Positions 1 to 12,937 of a stretch of 64,000 bases of DNA are shown here, in pieces (within the stretch, counting starts at the first letter, position 1; each line of letters begins with the position of its first letter). The DNA comes from Octopus vulgaris (lineage: Eukaryota), in contig OX597814.1 in NCBI GenBank assembly GCA_951406725.2, positions 172,608,001-172,672,000 of the forward strand, given 5' to 3'. A program made the translations under genes and the position numbers. The notes below the pieces were generated by a model. That model was not told the DNA's origin. It did not search any database and saw only the letters and a program-made list of their open reading frames with translations.

Positions 1-58
1 TACTAGCAATGAAGTAATGGGGATTATGTCCTGTACTTTCAACACGGACAAGGTTGGT

Positions 59-59
59 T

Positions 60-101
<42 letters not shown>

Positions 102-458
102 AACCAACGCCGCCACCGCCACCACCACCTCCACCACTGCTACTACCCCTACTACTAATACTACCGCACCACCACCACCACCTCTACTACTATTACTTCC
201 ATTACCACCAACGCCGCCACCGCCACCGCCACCACCCACCACGACTACCACCACCGTTACTACTACTACTACCAATACCGCCGTCATCACCACCACACCA
301 CCACCACCATCACCATCACACCACCACCACCATTACCTCCTCCACTACTGCTACTACCTCCTACTACTAATATACCACTACCACCACCATCACCACTACC
401 ATTACCAGCACCACCACCCTTACTACCACTACTACCCCCACTACTACTACTACTACTA
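59..458. repeat. Compound (CTA)n/(CAC)n trinucleotide microsatellite
   Basis: Directly visible; explains the poly-L/P/H/V ORFs here. Confidence 0.95.
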
Positions 459-580
459 CAAAATTGCTCCACGTTGCCGCTTGACCTTTTAGGAATAGCC
501 TCTGTTAAAAGCACCCAATACCTAGTGGTGGTATTAAACCGGTTTATCATTCTTACATTTTCACCAATCCACTTTTGTGG

Positions 581-1280
581 CAGTGGTGGCCCGTGTATAG
601 AAACTGCGAAACTCTAGCACCCCCACTTCTACTCGATATTATCGATAATATTCAATAGAATTAGTCCTTTTTTATCTTTAATTCTTTCTTTATACTTGTA
701 CATTATATAATCTTTAAGCTTAATGTCAGTAGCCATCCCTTAATTTATGAAAAAAAAATACAAAAGTACTTGTATAGAACTGTGCGCTTCACAGTTCCAG
801 CGACGCGGTATTTGGCTCTTGTGCGCATGCTCACATGTCCCAGATAGGAAGCTTCGCACTAGGGAGAGAGAGCACTGCCAGAATGACAGTGTCGGGTGAA
901 AGGTAGTGCTTCTTTTTGACTCAGCGTGTGTTGTGCTTAAAAACGTGTTCATATTCTTGAATGTTATAAAGTCTAGAATTAGATTCTCCTGCTTCCAGCT
1001 TCAGTGTTGCTGCCAGGATTTGAAAAATTGGGCACATTCCCCCCACCCCACCCCTTATTTTGTGATCTAGTGGGTATTTTTGAAAAACAAGGGGGAATTC
1101 GCGGCGGTGTTCAGTGAACAAATTAAACACACTACCCGGCAGTGGCTAACGCGCGAACCGATCAAGTTTATGTATAAATTTTCTTTTTATATGCTTGTTT
1201 CGTTTTACACAATATTAAAATAACGGCTAAAAATTTTCTGAAGTAGCATCTCCACCAATTTTATCTATGAGCCGCCACTG
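581..1280. mobile_element. Putative hAT-like MITE
   Basis: Imperfect terminal inverted repeats: CAGTGGTGGCCCGTG at 581 and CTATGAGCCGCCACTG ending at 1280. No convincing 8-bp TSD. Confidence 0.45.
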
Positions 1281-1882
1281 GTCGTGGGTTGCCTTTTTTT
1301 TTTTATCGACATCGACAGAATGAAAAGCAAACCTGTCCTTAGCAAGATTTGAACTCAGAACGTCGAATCTCAGTACAAATAACGTGGCGAGGTATGAGTC
1401 GTTCAGAATACCTCGCGTTATTTCTACTGAGACTCTACCAACTCACCTGTTACACGAGGGACAGAAACAGACATCTGAAGGTTTTCTACTCAGAGCTGGA
1501 AATGCAGAGAAAAAGAAAAGTTTTGTGATAGCACAGAAAGCGACAAGAGCGGTTGATAGAAACTATCGTTTTCTGAATACTATCGCTTGCAAAATTGCTT
1601 GCAGTAACGAGGATTGATTAAAAGAGAATTGGGCTGTGATTATTTGGAGCATGCAAGATACAAACTGCCGGTTAAAATCTAATTACAGTGCTTTGAGCTG
1701 TTGTACTTTAACAACCAACAGGATGTGGACTCTTTCTTTCCCTTAGCGTTGCTTCAATACAGATAGCATAGAAACAAAAAGCTGCAAGGGTAATGGGGGT
1801 GACTGTGTGAGGGTCAGTTGTCCTTTTACGCTTTGTCTATGTCTCATTTAATTATACATACATACATACATATATATATATG

Positions 1883-1930
<48 letters not shown>

Positions 1931-1931
<1 letters not shown>

Positions 1932-2148
1932 GAGGGTGTGGCGAAAAGTTCCTGGCTTTAAGGGTATCCTGAAAGGCTTGGTTGGAGGCCCAGCCTTTCG
2001 AGTTTTTTTTATTAGGGCTTAGAAAAACTGGACGACCGCTGCAGAAAGTGTGTGAAACTGAGAAGGTAATATGCTGAATAAAATCATAATTAACTAATCC
2101 TCCTGTATTCTTTTTTTTATCAAAAGCCAGGAACTTTTCAGCACTCCC

Positions 2149-2151
<3 letters not shown>
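1931..2151 (+). mobile_element. mariner-derived MITE
   Basis: TIRs GAGGGTGTGGCGAAAAGTTCCTGGCTTT / AAAGCCAGGAACTTTTCAGCACTCCCT. Interior reads GLEKLDDRCRKCVKLRR*YAE, resembling a mariner transposase C-terminus. Confidence 0.8.
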
Positions 2152-2194
<43 letters not shown>

Positions 2195-2231
2195 ACATAT
2201 ATCTACATATATAAGCATACAGATATATTTA

Positions 2232-2468
2232 TTGGGTTGGTGTATACTTATTGTGGCTTTTTTTCAACAATAACAACATGTAACAAAAGCATCGCTAAAT
2301 GATTATTCTGGAGCATATTCACAATCTACTTCAATTACTGCTGCCCATTTGCTTGGCAGACGGCCAGACCGTTATTTAAATAAGTTTTTGTTAAATATTG
2401 TTATTGTTTTTGTTGAATAAAATTTGCTGAAAAAAAATAAAAGCCGCAATAATTATGCACCAACCCAA
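2232..2468 (-). mobile_element. mariner-derived MITE (Hsmar1/MADE1-like TIRs), TA TSD
   Basis: TA-TTGGGTTGGTGTATACTTATTGTGGCTTTT ... AAAAGCCGCAATAATTATGCACCAACCCAA-TA. Minus strand encodes GRLPSKWAAVIEVDCEYAPE*, a mariner C-terminus. Confidence 0.85.
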
Positions 2469-2977
2469 TATATATATACATATACATATATGTGTGTATG
2501 TGTATATATTTTCATGCAGTCATTCATGGGCAGGCTCTAGTTCTTTTCCCAGACGTGCTGTCTCCTCTCTGCTTTTCAAATGCTGCTATAAAGGCCACTG
2601 CTACTCGGAGCTCGTTGGCTTTGTGCCACCTCTCTATAGGCATTAACAGATTACTAACAGCTCCCAATTTTCTATACTCTACGCTAGCCAATCTTCTCTA
2701 CCCTTCACCACCACTCCTGGTTATCGTTCTACTGGATTGTCCTCCATATTCATGACATTCCTGCAGGTGTCACATGACTTATATTGCCCATTCCTTCTGT
2801 CAAAGCGAGGAATAAGACATAATAAGAAAATATAATAATATAACCAAATATATTTTATATGGTTTTAGTCGTACCTCATACTTTTAGGTAACTTTGTATC
2901 TACATTCCCACATGTTAGTGTAATATTGTATATAACATTCTTTGTTACTAGTAGCAAAATAAAAGTATTATTTTTTT

Positions 2978-3037
2978 GTTATTATTACTGTTTTTTCTTT
3001 ATCATTATTATTATTGTTATTATTATTATTATTATCA

Positions 3038-3108
<71 letters not shown>
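2978..3108. repeat. (ATT)n microsatellite
   Basis: Directly visible. Confidence 0.95.
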
Positions 3109-3995
3109 TTACATTACAATATTGTACACAAATATATGATGGTTTAAATAGATAGTAAACTTAACCAAAGTTATTGAAACGGTTCAAAGAAAGAATTTCA
3201 GTAAACATGGAATCTAAATGTATTTATGCATTTTCGAAGACTCCACCAAGCAACAGATTTAAAGTCCGACATCAAAGAATTATCCACTTTGGCGGATAAA
3301 CATTCAGTCATTCCATTCTCAAATAGAATAAGGAAGAATTTTGCTCAAAGGAAAACAAAAAAAAGTTCCATTGTAGTAGTGTGATGGTCTACACACAAAG
3401 AGCTTTCTGTGAAACAATATTGTTAACTGTCATTTTGAATCAATTTCGGATTCGAAATATTGGAAACTAGCAATAGAAACTCGAAGAATATAGCAGCCTT
3501 CGAGAGTTTTCAGCACAAGGAAATAAGCACATTTAATGGCAGGTTTTCGTTTAATAATATTTTACAGCATTATTGCGAAATATGTTTAAATTTAATCCCA
3601 CGTGTCTATACAAATATGTATATATATAACGACATTTTGTATACTTTTAAACAAAACGAAGCATAGTTCTGTATTGCTTTATGCATACACTTACATAGCC
3701 ATCCTGATAGGCACACACACACACACACACACACACATCATTCGAACCAATCAGTGAACTGAGCCGGCTTTACCTGTTCACTCAATCTGCTAAAATAGAA
3801 ATAGCAGGCAAATCTCTCACAAATCGTACTACAGACAACTAGAATAACGTAGCCTTTAACTGTTAGCGATAAAGACAGCTAGTATATACCTTTGATCGAG
3901 TGTCTGCTTGGTCAGGGCCAACTCTGGACCAGATAGTGATACCCTTACCAACACCGATAACTGCAACAAATTTAATGCCATTATGTCACTTGTAA

Positions 3996-4280
3996 TACTG
4001 ATTTCAAATTTTGGCACAAGGCCAGCAATTTCGAGAGAGGAATGGATTAAGTCGATTAAATTGATCCCAGTACTCACGGGTGCTTACTTCATCGACATCG
4101 AAAGTGTGAAAGGCAAAGTCGATCTCGGCGGAATTTGAATTGAGGACATAAAGACGGACGGAATACCGCTAAGCACTTTGCCCGGCGAGCTAACAATTCT
4201 TTTCTACTCTAGGCACAAGGCCAGAAATTTTGGGAGAGGGGTCCAGTCGATTAGATCGACTCCAGTACTCAACTGGTATT
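3996..4280 (-). mobile_element. tRNA-derived SINE family A (Meta-domain-like), one copy plus a 3' fragment
   Basis: Matches the family at 14435 and 42925: B-box-like TTCAAATTCCGCCGAG, GCCTTTCA core, CCTTGTGCC tail. Confidence 0.85.
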
Positions 4281-6232
4281 TGTCATGGCTGGAAGGCCTT
4301 TGATTATTGATCTACCTGATTAGGACTAGCATGACTTAAATAACAACATCTCTACGATTACATGCATTAATGCATAGCTTCTATGTCAATGGGGAATTCT
4401 CTACATGGTCGCTTAATCTGCAAGAAATAGCAACCAAATTTCCTCCAGACAGCAGTTTACGTCTTTAAAAATTCCCATTGGATAATGATATACAAGGGTA
4501 CGCTATGTGTATGCGATAGTTACCCTTTTAATGCATTTGATTATAAGTCTGCTATATTACGGTTGACCTGAGGTTAATCCACAGCAACCACTACTGCAGT
4601 GACCTCTAAATCATTCAACAGACTATAATTCAACCGTACAAAACAAAACAAAAAAAATCATAATAATTAGATGCTTTGAATGTCACATGGAAACACACAG
4701 CACTAAAATCTTATCTAGACATAAGCAATTAAACCCACTACGATCCACATAATTTCTGATGACCTTTCAATGCGGCCACACATCATTAACATAACTGAGG
4801 TTGTATCACGAATGTTAAGGATTCTTCTAGTGTGCGTTAGCTTTGGACAGATGCTGACGCTCTGCAAAGCACAATCTGCCCGCATAACAGCACAACTCAC
4901 AAATCTGGGATTGAGTAAATAGTTGCTTACAAGCACACGGTAGGCTAAATTTTAAAATTAGTCATCAACTGTCAGACAGAACGTCACTGGTCCCCAAGAA
5001 GCTGACGTAGTGTATCCTCTTTTCGTCTCTTCTACTGGTTCTGACTCTAACGCTAGTCAACTGGGGTACTATGATATTCTGATTCTTCTACTACAAGTAC
5101 AATGATATTACGACGACGGGGCTTTTTCGGACGAATTTAGAAGGTCGCCCGTTGTTAATTGGTGCCCGTCCCAAGTGCAGACGGTTTCAGCCACGGTTTT
5201 AGAGGCAAGATAGCTTCTTTGTACTGCTACTGTCCTCGGTGGTCATATCGAATGACACGCTATCGGAACCATTTTGACCCACATGCCCGATTTCTTAAGA
5301 GTCTCCTTTCTTGTCAGTCTTATTTTGTCTTGAACTACGGACATATATCGTAACTGTATGCACAGACAACGTAGAATTCATGCTATTGCACAGCCATATA
5401 TTTATCCTGGGTGTGTAGAACAAAGCAGCTAGGTGTTTATTTGAGGAGGATTTTATGCTATTTTCAGTTAATAGAACAATTACATATAGGATTTCTGGTT
5501 CATCCGAGAAACCGTGAGATTTCTTTGTGGGAGCCTAATTGAGGGTGTGAAGAAGTGAAGATAAACTGAACATATGCACACTCAAACAACAACTTTCACA
5601 TTAAGATAATACAGGTCACATCATAATATTTCAGGTCAGTTTGGGTGGGGAACGGCATGAATCTTCACCCGTCATAACGCTACGATCTGCTCTACATATA
5701 GGAGACATTAACGACGTATGTCCGACATTTTGCAAGCTTTCACTAATCTGCACATAATATTCTCTCTTCGTCACATTGGTCTCGGGTCAAGGAAGTCTTT
5801 AGCGCTGTCTTTTCTCCTTTCACTAAGTCATAAAAAATTCATATTTAAATATTTGATATTTCTAATTAGAACTAATTATCTCATGAAGAAAACACTATTA
5901 ATAAATTATTAACATTACTTTAATTGTTTCGGCATGCAAAAGAAGCAAATATGGTCCGGTTTCGTTATTATCATGACCTTATCAATAAAGTAGATTTCAA
6001 CCTACTCGCCGAGATAAAGATAGAAAAATCTCAAAGTAAATGTGCACAAATTTGTAGGCTGGTTAACACAGAAAAATAAACTTTAACAATTACTTAGCAA
6101 TAATTTTCATTACTACATCGACAAGTGTGGGGAAAGTTGAGCCTTCGTTTATGAGGTTGTAATAACATCAAACATGATCAAAAATTGCTTGTCACTGATC
6201 GAGATTTTTTCTTGGTTGCAACCATTATCCAG

Positions 6233-6310
6233 TGTATGTATGTATGTATGTATGCATGTATGTATGTATGTATGTATGCATGTATGTATGTATGTATGTA
6301 TGTATGTATG

Positions 6311-6372
<62 letters not shown>
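6233..6372. repeat. (TATG)n/(TA)n microsatellite
   Basis: Directly visible. Confidence 0.95.
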
Positions 6373-6375
<3 letters not shown>

Positions 6376-6462
6376 GAAATTTACAGAAGAACAAAAGACG
6401 ACGACAGTTATATGAACAACAAGCAGGTGTAATAGTTTGACGCTCAGGAAGGTGAAAAAGTA

Positions 6463-6497
6463 TTTTACATTTCGAGCATACGCTCTTCAACAGAAAG
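6463..6497 (-). ncRNA. Minimal hammerhead-like motif (A6U variant) in a PLE-end-like island
   Basis: Minus strand reads CTTT-CTGTTGA-A-GAGC gtat GCTC-GAAA-TGTA-AAA. Confidence 0.4.
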
Positions 6498-6709
6498 GAA
6501 CACGATGAAATAAACTGAGAGAGAATATAGAAAAAAACTTGTGGATTTAGCGGTCAATCATATATTACAGCTGTGAAATATATATTCTGTTCCTCGTAAC
6601 CATTAGATTATTGATTTCACGTAAGACTACGAAAGAATTTTGTCACAATTTAGTGAACCCAATGCTACTGATTTTGAACAAAAGATGGGGTTCTCTTTTT
6701 CCAAAGGCT

Positions 6710-6804
6710 GCATTCTCATGTTAATTTTTCGTGCATTCTCCGGGTTAATTTTTCGTGCATTCTCCGGGTTAATTTTTCATGCATTCTCCACGTTAATTTT
6801 TCGT
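6710..6804. repeat. ~25-bp minisatellite, ~4 copies (GCATTCTCCGGGTTAATTTTTCGT-like)
   Basis: Directly visible tandem units. Confidence 0.85.
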
Positions 6805-7265
6805 TAGCGGGAGAAACGATTTCATACTTAGCTGAAAAATGATTAAATTTACAATCGTATTTTAGTTATTTATTTCACATTAATGAATACAATTAAAATA
6901 ATTCCTTTATGATCACAAATATGAAATGATTCCGAAATGGTTTTGACGGTGGACCATTAGCTATGACCACCGAGTATAAAGAAACTCGGTATAAAGAAAC
7001 CATTTTGCCTCTAAAAACAGGACGGACACGGCCTGCAGATGGGACAGCCACAAAATAGCAATTTGGAGATTATATACTATTCTACAGTTGAATTTTAAAT
7101 ATGGAATAGTTTTTTTTTTCCGAAAGAAAAAAAAATTGAATGGAGTAATAAGAAAAGAGAATATAAAATTAATCGATGACAAATATTGTCTTTTCCTTAA
7201 CGTATGAATTATGCTATTTATTTTTCTAATACTATCGAATATGTTAGCATAAAATGAACTAAACG

Positions 7266-7297
<32 letters not shown>

Positions 7298-7300
<3 letters not shown>

Positions 7301-7402
7301 CTCTTGTTTCAGCTCAGAGCTGCGGCCATGCTGATGCACCGCCGTTTTGTGCTACACTGTTATTGCGAAGAACCTCGTCTAATATGTGGCACTTGGTGCC
7401 AC
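7298..7402 (-). mobile_element. Severely 5'-truncated LINE 3' end next to (TA)n
   Basis: GGCGGTGCATCAGCATGGCCGCAGCTCTGAGCTGAAAC on minus matches the 3' UTR stem-loop of the LINE near 8935-8975. Confidence 0.7.
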
Positions 7403-7532
7403 TTATTAGATATTATATAATATTATATTATATAATATTAATTTGAGGGAATATTATTCCTAAATTACAGGGAAAAATTCAATTTAGAAATACTAAATCA
7501 AATTTCATAAAATATAATATATATATAAAAAA

Positions 7533-7841
7533 TTAGAAAAAGAACACCTTTTATCAATTCAAAATGAACGATTAAATTACAACATCTAGAAATTTACATA
7601 TAATAGAAAAAAATAACAATAATATACCGATGATTGAGTAAATTGCAAAATAATAAATAAAGCGTAAAATAATAAATAAATAATGAAACGTAAATATATA
7701 CGTTTTATTTATTATTTTGCAATTTATTTAATCATCGATATATTATTGTTATTTTATATTTAATATTTCTATTATATGTAATTTTCTAGATGGTGTAATT
7801 TAATCGTTCAATTTGAATTGATAAAAGGTGGTTTTTTCTAA
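7533..7841. repeat. Long imperfect palindrome (arms ~130 bp) beside TA arrays
   Basis: TTAGAAAAAGAACACCTTTTATCAATTCAAAATGAACGATTAAATTAC... is mirrored by ...GTAATTTAATCGTTCAATTTGAATTGATAAAAGGTGGTTTTTTCTAA. Confidence 0.9.
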
Positions 7842-7969
<128 letters not shown>

Positions 7970-8660
7970 TGTATGTATGTATGTATGTATGTATGTATGT
8001 ATAGAACTAGAATATTTTAACAGTGTTACTAGTAGAAGCTGTGGCATCTGGTTGATCAGGATGGAGATTTAGCAATCCGACTCAATAGAACAGGAGCTGA
8101 AGGTAGAATAACTGCTGTTTATGCATAATTTATTTCAATAAGATGGTAAAATGCATTCTTGACATATAGACATTTATTTGTGGCAAGAATTGATAATTGG
8201 CTCAGTCTTCTCACTCACATTGTTTAGTGTAACACATTGCTGCGGTATTTGCCAATGGTCTAGACTGTAAGGAGCCAGGAAGGAAGGAAGTAAGCAAGCA
8301 GCGCTACTCCATACGTCTTCCAGTAAACTCTGCACGCGACTGATGAAACACAGAAGGGCGGCGAAAAAAACCGACAATTTCCCATCTGTTTATGCTGTAT
8401 CTGGTCGCGAATTTGGGCTTTAGACACGCTCGTGTTCCTACACACACAGACACACACACACGGGTGCGCGTATAGCTACAAGCATACATATGTATTCTGT
8501 GTATGTACGCACATAAATATGCATACACCCATATACACACACACATATATATACACACACATATACATATGTATATGTATGCATAAATACACACACACGC
8601 ACACTCACACACTCACATATATATGTGTGCATATAGTTAAATGCATATTTAAATTCATAT

Positions 8661-8910
8661 ACTCTTTTACTCTCTTTTACTTGTTTCAGTCATTTGACTG
8701 TGGCCATGCTGGAGCACCGCCGCCTTTAGTCGAGCAAATCGACCACAGGACTTATTCTTTGTAAGCCTAGTACTTATTCTATCGGTCTCTTTTGCCGAAC
8801 CGCTAGGTTACGGAGACGTAAACACACCAGCATCGGTTGTCAAGCTATGTTGGGGGGAACAAACACAGACGCACAAACATATACACAAACACACATACAT
8901 ATATATATAT
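8661..8910 (-). mobile_element. 3' half of CORE-type tRNA SINE family B (OR-like), split by a LINE
   Basis: Collinear with the 3' half of intact copies at 29732-30145 and 33538-33955. Confidence 0.9.
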
Positions 8911-11900
8911 ATTGATTGATTGATTGATTGATTCTAGTTTCAGCTTATGAGCTGTGGCCATGCTGGGGCACCGCCATTTGGTGTTGCTACTTGGTTTCAC
9001 TTCATGGAGGCTTTCTAGCAACTGCTATTTGGTGCATGAGAGAGTTCGATGCAGCTGCCCTCATCTGCCCCTCCTGCCGTGAAGTTGGTTCATCTGGGAC
9101 ACCTGACAGGAAGAGATCCAGCTTCATTTTAAAGACATCTGTATCCACCCCATGCAGGTCTCTCAGGTTCTTCGGGAGGATATTGAAGAGCTGTGGGCCT
9201 CGGAAGCCCAGGCTATCACAGAATCTTGTCCTACATCTTGATGGCAGGTTTGGAGTCCTAGGCACCACGCAGTGGCGCCCAGTTCTGGCATTTGCGTAAC
9301 TCTCGATGCCAAAGTTCAGGACACTTCCCTCCAGGATCTTCCAGATGTATATTATGGCATATCTTTCCCGCCTACGCTCCAGGGAATATAATTTTAATCT
9401 CTTGAGTCTTTCCCAGTAGCTTACATTCTGCATAGAGGCTATCTTCTTTGTGTATTTTCGTTGGATCGCCTCAAGTTCTGTGATCAACTTGACACTGGAT
9501 GGTGACCATAGCTGAGAGCAATAGTCAAAGTGGCTTAGGACAAGTGTCTTCCAGAGGACCATCATGGTTTCTTGTTCTCTTGTTCTAAAGGTTCTAAGAA
9601 TCCATCCAGCCAGCCGTCTACATTTCATTGTCAGTTTAGCAACATGTACATGAAAGGTCGCGTCATCACTCATGTGAATACCCAGGTCACGCACTGATTG
9701 TGCCTCTGGGATTGCAATCCCTCCGGGTCCAGTGTATTCATTGGGTATTGCATTCAGTTTTGCATGCTGATAGTATAAAGCTTGAAACTTTCCAGCATTG
9801 AACTGCATGCTATTCTTTTCAGCCCACTTGTATATTTCGTCCAGCTCACATTGCAGGTGTTTAGTGTCCTCAGGGTTCTGTATTGCCTGTGAGACTTTTG
9901 TATCATCTGCATAACTTGTGATCGTGGCTCTCTGCGTGGCTGAGGGCATGTCTGAGAGGGCCATTATGAACAGTAGTGGTCCCAGAACAGTGCCCTGCGG
10001 AACACCGCTCACTATTTGTGTGTTAATGGAGGTGGCCCCATTGGCTACTACCACCTGACTTCTATCCTTCAGAAAGTCATGAAGCCATTCTCCCAGTTTT
10101 CCAACTATGTTGAGATCACGCAGTTTGTGACATATCATTCCATGATCGACTTTATCAAAGGCCTTTGCAAAGTCGAGATATATCACTTCCACATTTGAGT
10201 GGTTGAGCAGCCGTTTCAGCACCCAGTCATAGTGTTGTAGGAGCTGAGTTAAACAGCTTCTCCCTGGTCGGAAACCATGTTGGGTGTCGGGCAGCAAGTC
10301 ATTCTCTTCAAGGAAGGTGATCAGGTTCCTTCTGACTATTCGTTCCATGACCTTGCTGATGTGTGAGGTCAGAGAGATAGGTCTATAGTTCTTGGCTTCC
10401 GCTCTGCTACCTCCTTTATGAATCGGGCATATTTTACCTTCCTTCAGTTTTCCTGGAAGTTTGCCAGCTGCAAGGAAGCTCTGAAAGAGGAACTGCAGTG
10501 GTCTTGCTAGGACTCTCTTACATGCTTTTAGGAGGATTGCCGGGAATCCATCGGGGCCAGTAGCTGAGTCTGTTTTCATTTCATCTATAGCCTTGGTTAC
10601 ATCGTCTTCCTTTATATCGATGTAATCTATCGTCGCCGCCTCTGATTTTATATCTGCAGTGGTAAAAAAGTCAGTTGGATTGGTGATTTGGAGATGCCTA
10701 AGGGGTGGAGTGAAAACACTCTTGAATTGCTCATTCAGTATTTCACTTACCCTCATTGGTCTTCCTGTAAGTGTGCCATCCTTTTCGAGGAGTGGCCCTA
10801 TTCTACAGTGCACTGTAGCTGTTTCTTTGGCATACCTGTAGAAAGCTCTGGGGTTAGATTTTATGTTTTCGATAGCCCAGGCTTCTTTGTCTGCTCTTTC
10901 TTTTTCATGGGAGAGTTGCAGACATTTTTCGATTTCCAACAGTTTTATTTTTAGGCGGGACTTTTCACTGCTTTCAATTTGTTTGTTTAGGCGATTTGAA
11001 AATTTCGTACGCCGTCTCATTAAAATTTTTCTCTCTCTGGGGATTTTGTTCTTGTGTACAGTGGCCTTTCTCTCTGGGACACATTTGTAGCATATGGCTT
11101 GCATTACAGACATGAATTGTTGAAGTTTCACGTCGATGTCTGGCGAGGAGAGACATTCAGGCCAGTTTTGTTTGAGGATCTCTTTCTCAATTTGTTTCCA
11201 GTTTGCCTTATAGTAGTTCAAGCTGGAAAGATTTTGAGGGATTCTTGTAGGCTGCATGTCCGTGCTCTCTTTTGGCCCGTACATGGTCAGCTCTATCATG
11301 TTGTGATCCGAGAGTAGTGTCGGTGTCACTTTCACATTATGGATGAGATCCATGTCATTTGTGAAGCAGAGATCCAGTGTGTTACCTGCCCTGGTTGGTT
11401 GGAGTATTACCTGCTCCATGTACAGGGTGTTGATGAGGTTCAGGAGGGACCTCGCCTGTCCTCGTTCACATCTTGTCATTCCTGGGAGAGAAAGGCCCTC
11501 GGGCCATCTGACATTGGGCAGATTGAAGTCTCCCATAAGAAGCACACCTATGTGTTGTTCTAATGTGGTTAGAATTTCTTCTATTTTTATAAGGCAGTCT
11601 TCGAACTTGCCCACATGGCTTGGGGCATCTGGAGGGCGATATGTAGCACACACAACTACATCAAGTTGCCTAATATGTACAATTAGTGTGTCACACACCG
11701 AGTTTGAGTATGACAAGAGGACCTGGGGTGTGAGGTCCTCACGGATGTACATAGCAACACCTCCATGACTCCTTTCTTTCCTGTCGGTCCGTAGTACAGC
11801 ATACTGTGGTATGTGTAACTCCGCATCTGCTATGTCCGGTTTCAGGTGCGTTTCTGTAAGTGCTATGCATAAGGCTTGATTGCATGCAACAAAGTCTCTC

Positions 11901-11990
11901 AGGAACGGGATCTTTGTCCTGTTACTGAGTGTTTGCAGTCCTCTGATGTTCAGTAGGAGTATCGAGGTGAGGTGTACGTTGTTGCCGGCG

Positions 11991-11993
<3 letters not shown>
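8911..11993 (-). mobile_element. Non-LTR retrotransposon, CR1/L2 group, 5'-truncated at the start of ORF2, (AATC)n tail
   Basis: APE+RT ORF, short 3' UTR with stem-loop, (ATTG)n at 8911-8933, flanked by (TA)n on both sides. Confidence 0.95.
9002..11992 (-). CDS. LINE ORF2: apurinic endonuclease + reverse transcriptase (~997 codons, uninterrupted, no native start visible)
   Basis: EN motifs LLNIRGL, ALTETHL, GGVAMY, YRPP, MGDFN, LDLCFT, SDH. RT motifs [37 protein letters not shown]-terminal SLERRR. No RNase H seen. Confidence 0.95.
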
Positions 11994-12050
<57 letters not shown>

Positions 12051-12067
12051 GTATATATATATGTATA

Positions 12068-12111
<44 letters not shown>

Positions 12112-12306
12112 GACACACACACACACACATATATACATATATACGACGGACTTCTTTCAGTTTCCGTCTACCAAATCCACTCACAAGGCTTTGGTCGGCC
12201 CGAGGCTATAGTAGATGACACCTGCCCAAGGTGTCACGCAGTGGGACTGAACCCAGAACCATGTGATTCGTAAGCAAGCTACTTACCTCACAGCCACTCC
12301 TACGCC
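11994..12306 (-). mobile_element. 5' half (tRNA-like head, CORE, internal microsatellite) of the SINE B copy split by the LINE
   Basis: Minus strand GGCGTAGGAGTGGCTGTGAGGTAAG (A box), GGTTCAGTCCC (B box), ACCTTGGGCAGGTG (CORE-like). Confidence 0.9.
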
Positions 12307-12762
12307 TATAAATTTAATTATATGTACATATGTAATTGTATGTATTATACAAATGTGTGTATTATACAATTGAGGATTTGGCTGCTATTTCCTTTGAGGG
12401 ATCGTTTATCAGTTAGTTATTATTATTTTTTTCTCATTATCTTTTTAATATATGTATGCGACAAAAATGCAGAAATTACATGCAGTATATGACAGGTGGG
12501 TTGTGAAAGGACAAGATTTGGCTAGAAATTTCCATGTTCACAGACAAAGAAGGTATTCAAAAGAGTCAAAATATAAAGCAGAAACCAATCAAACAAACGA
12601 ATATGATGAACACAGACATTTGTAAAGAAGCGCGCGTGCACACACACACACACATACACACAAACAACCAAACAAGCAAGTACGCGCATATGCATTTGTC
12701 ATAAGACTATGTGTAATCGGGTGTAAACTCCGACCCGTATCCCGTTTCCATATATCTAGCTT

Positions 12763-12845
<83 letters not shown>

Positions 12846-12866
12846 GGAGAGATATGCTCGTATATG

Positions 12867-12937
<71 letters not shown>

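Noticed and set aside
17-550. Poly-L/P/H/V/S ORFs here and at 18553-19017, 26043-26345 and 46348-46647
   Set aside because: Trinucleotide microsatellite artefacts
7625-7680. CCGATGA as a hammerhead core in the palindrome
   Set aside because: No matching stem II, GAAA or stem III arrangement found
11994-12184. N-terminal ~64 aa of the 1060-aa ORF as native protein
   Set aside because: It is SINE and microsatellite sequence with a GTG start, fused by the insertion
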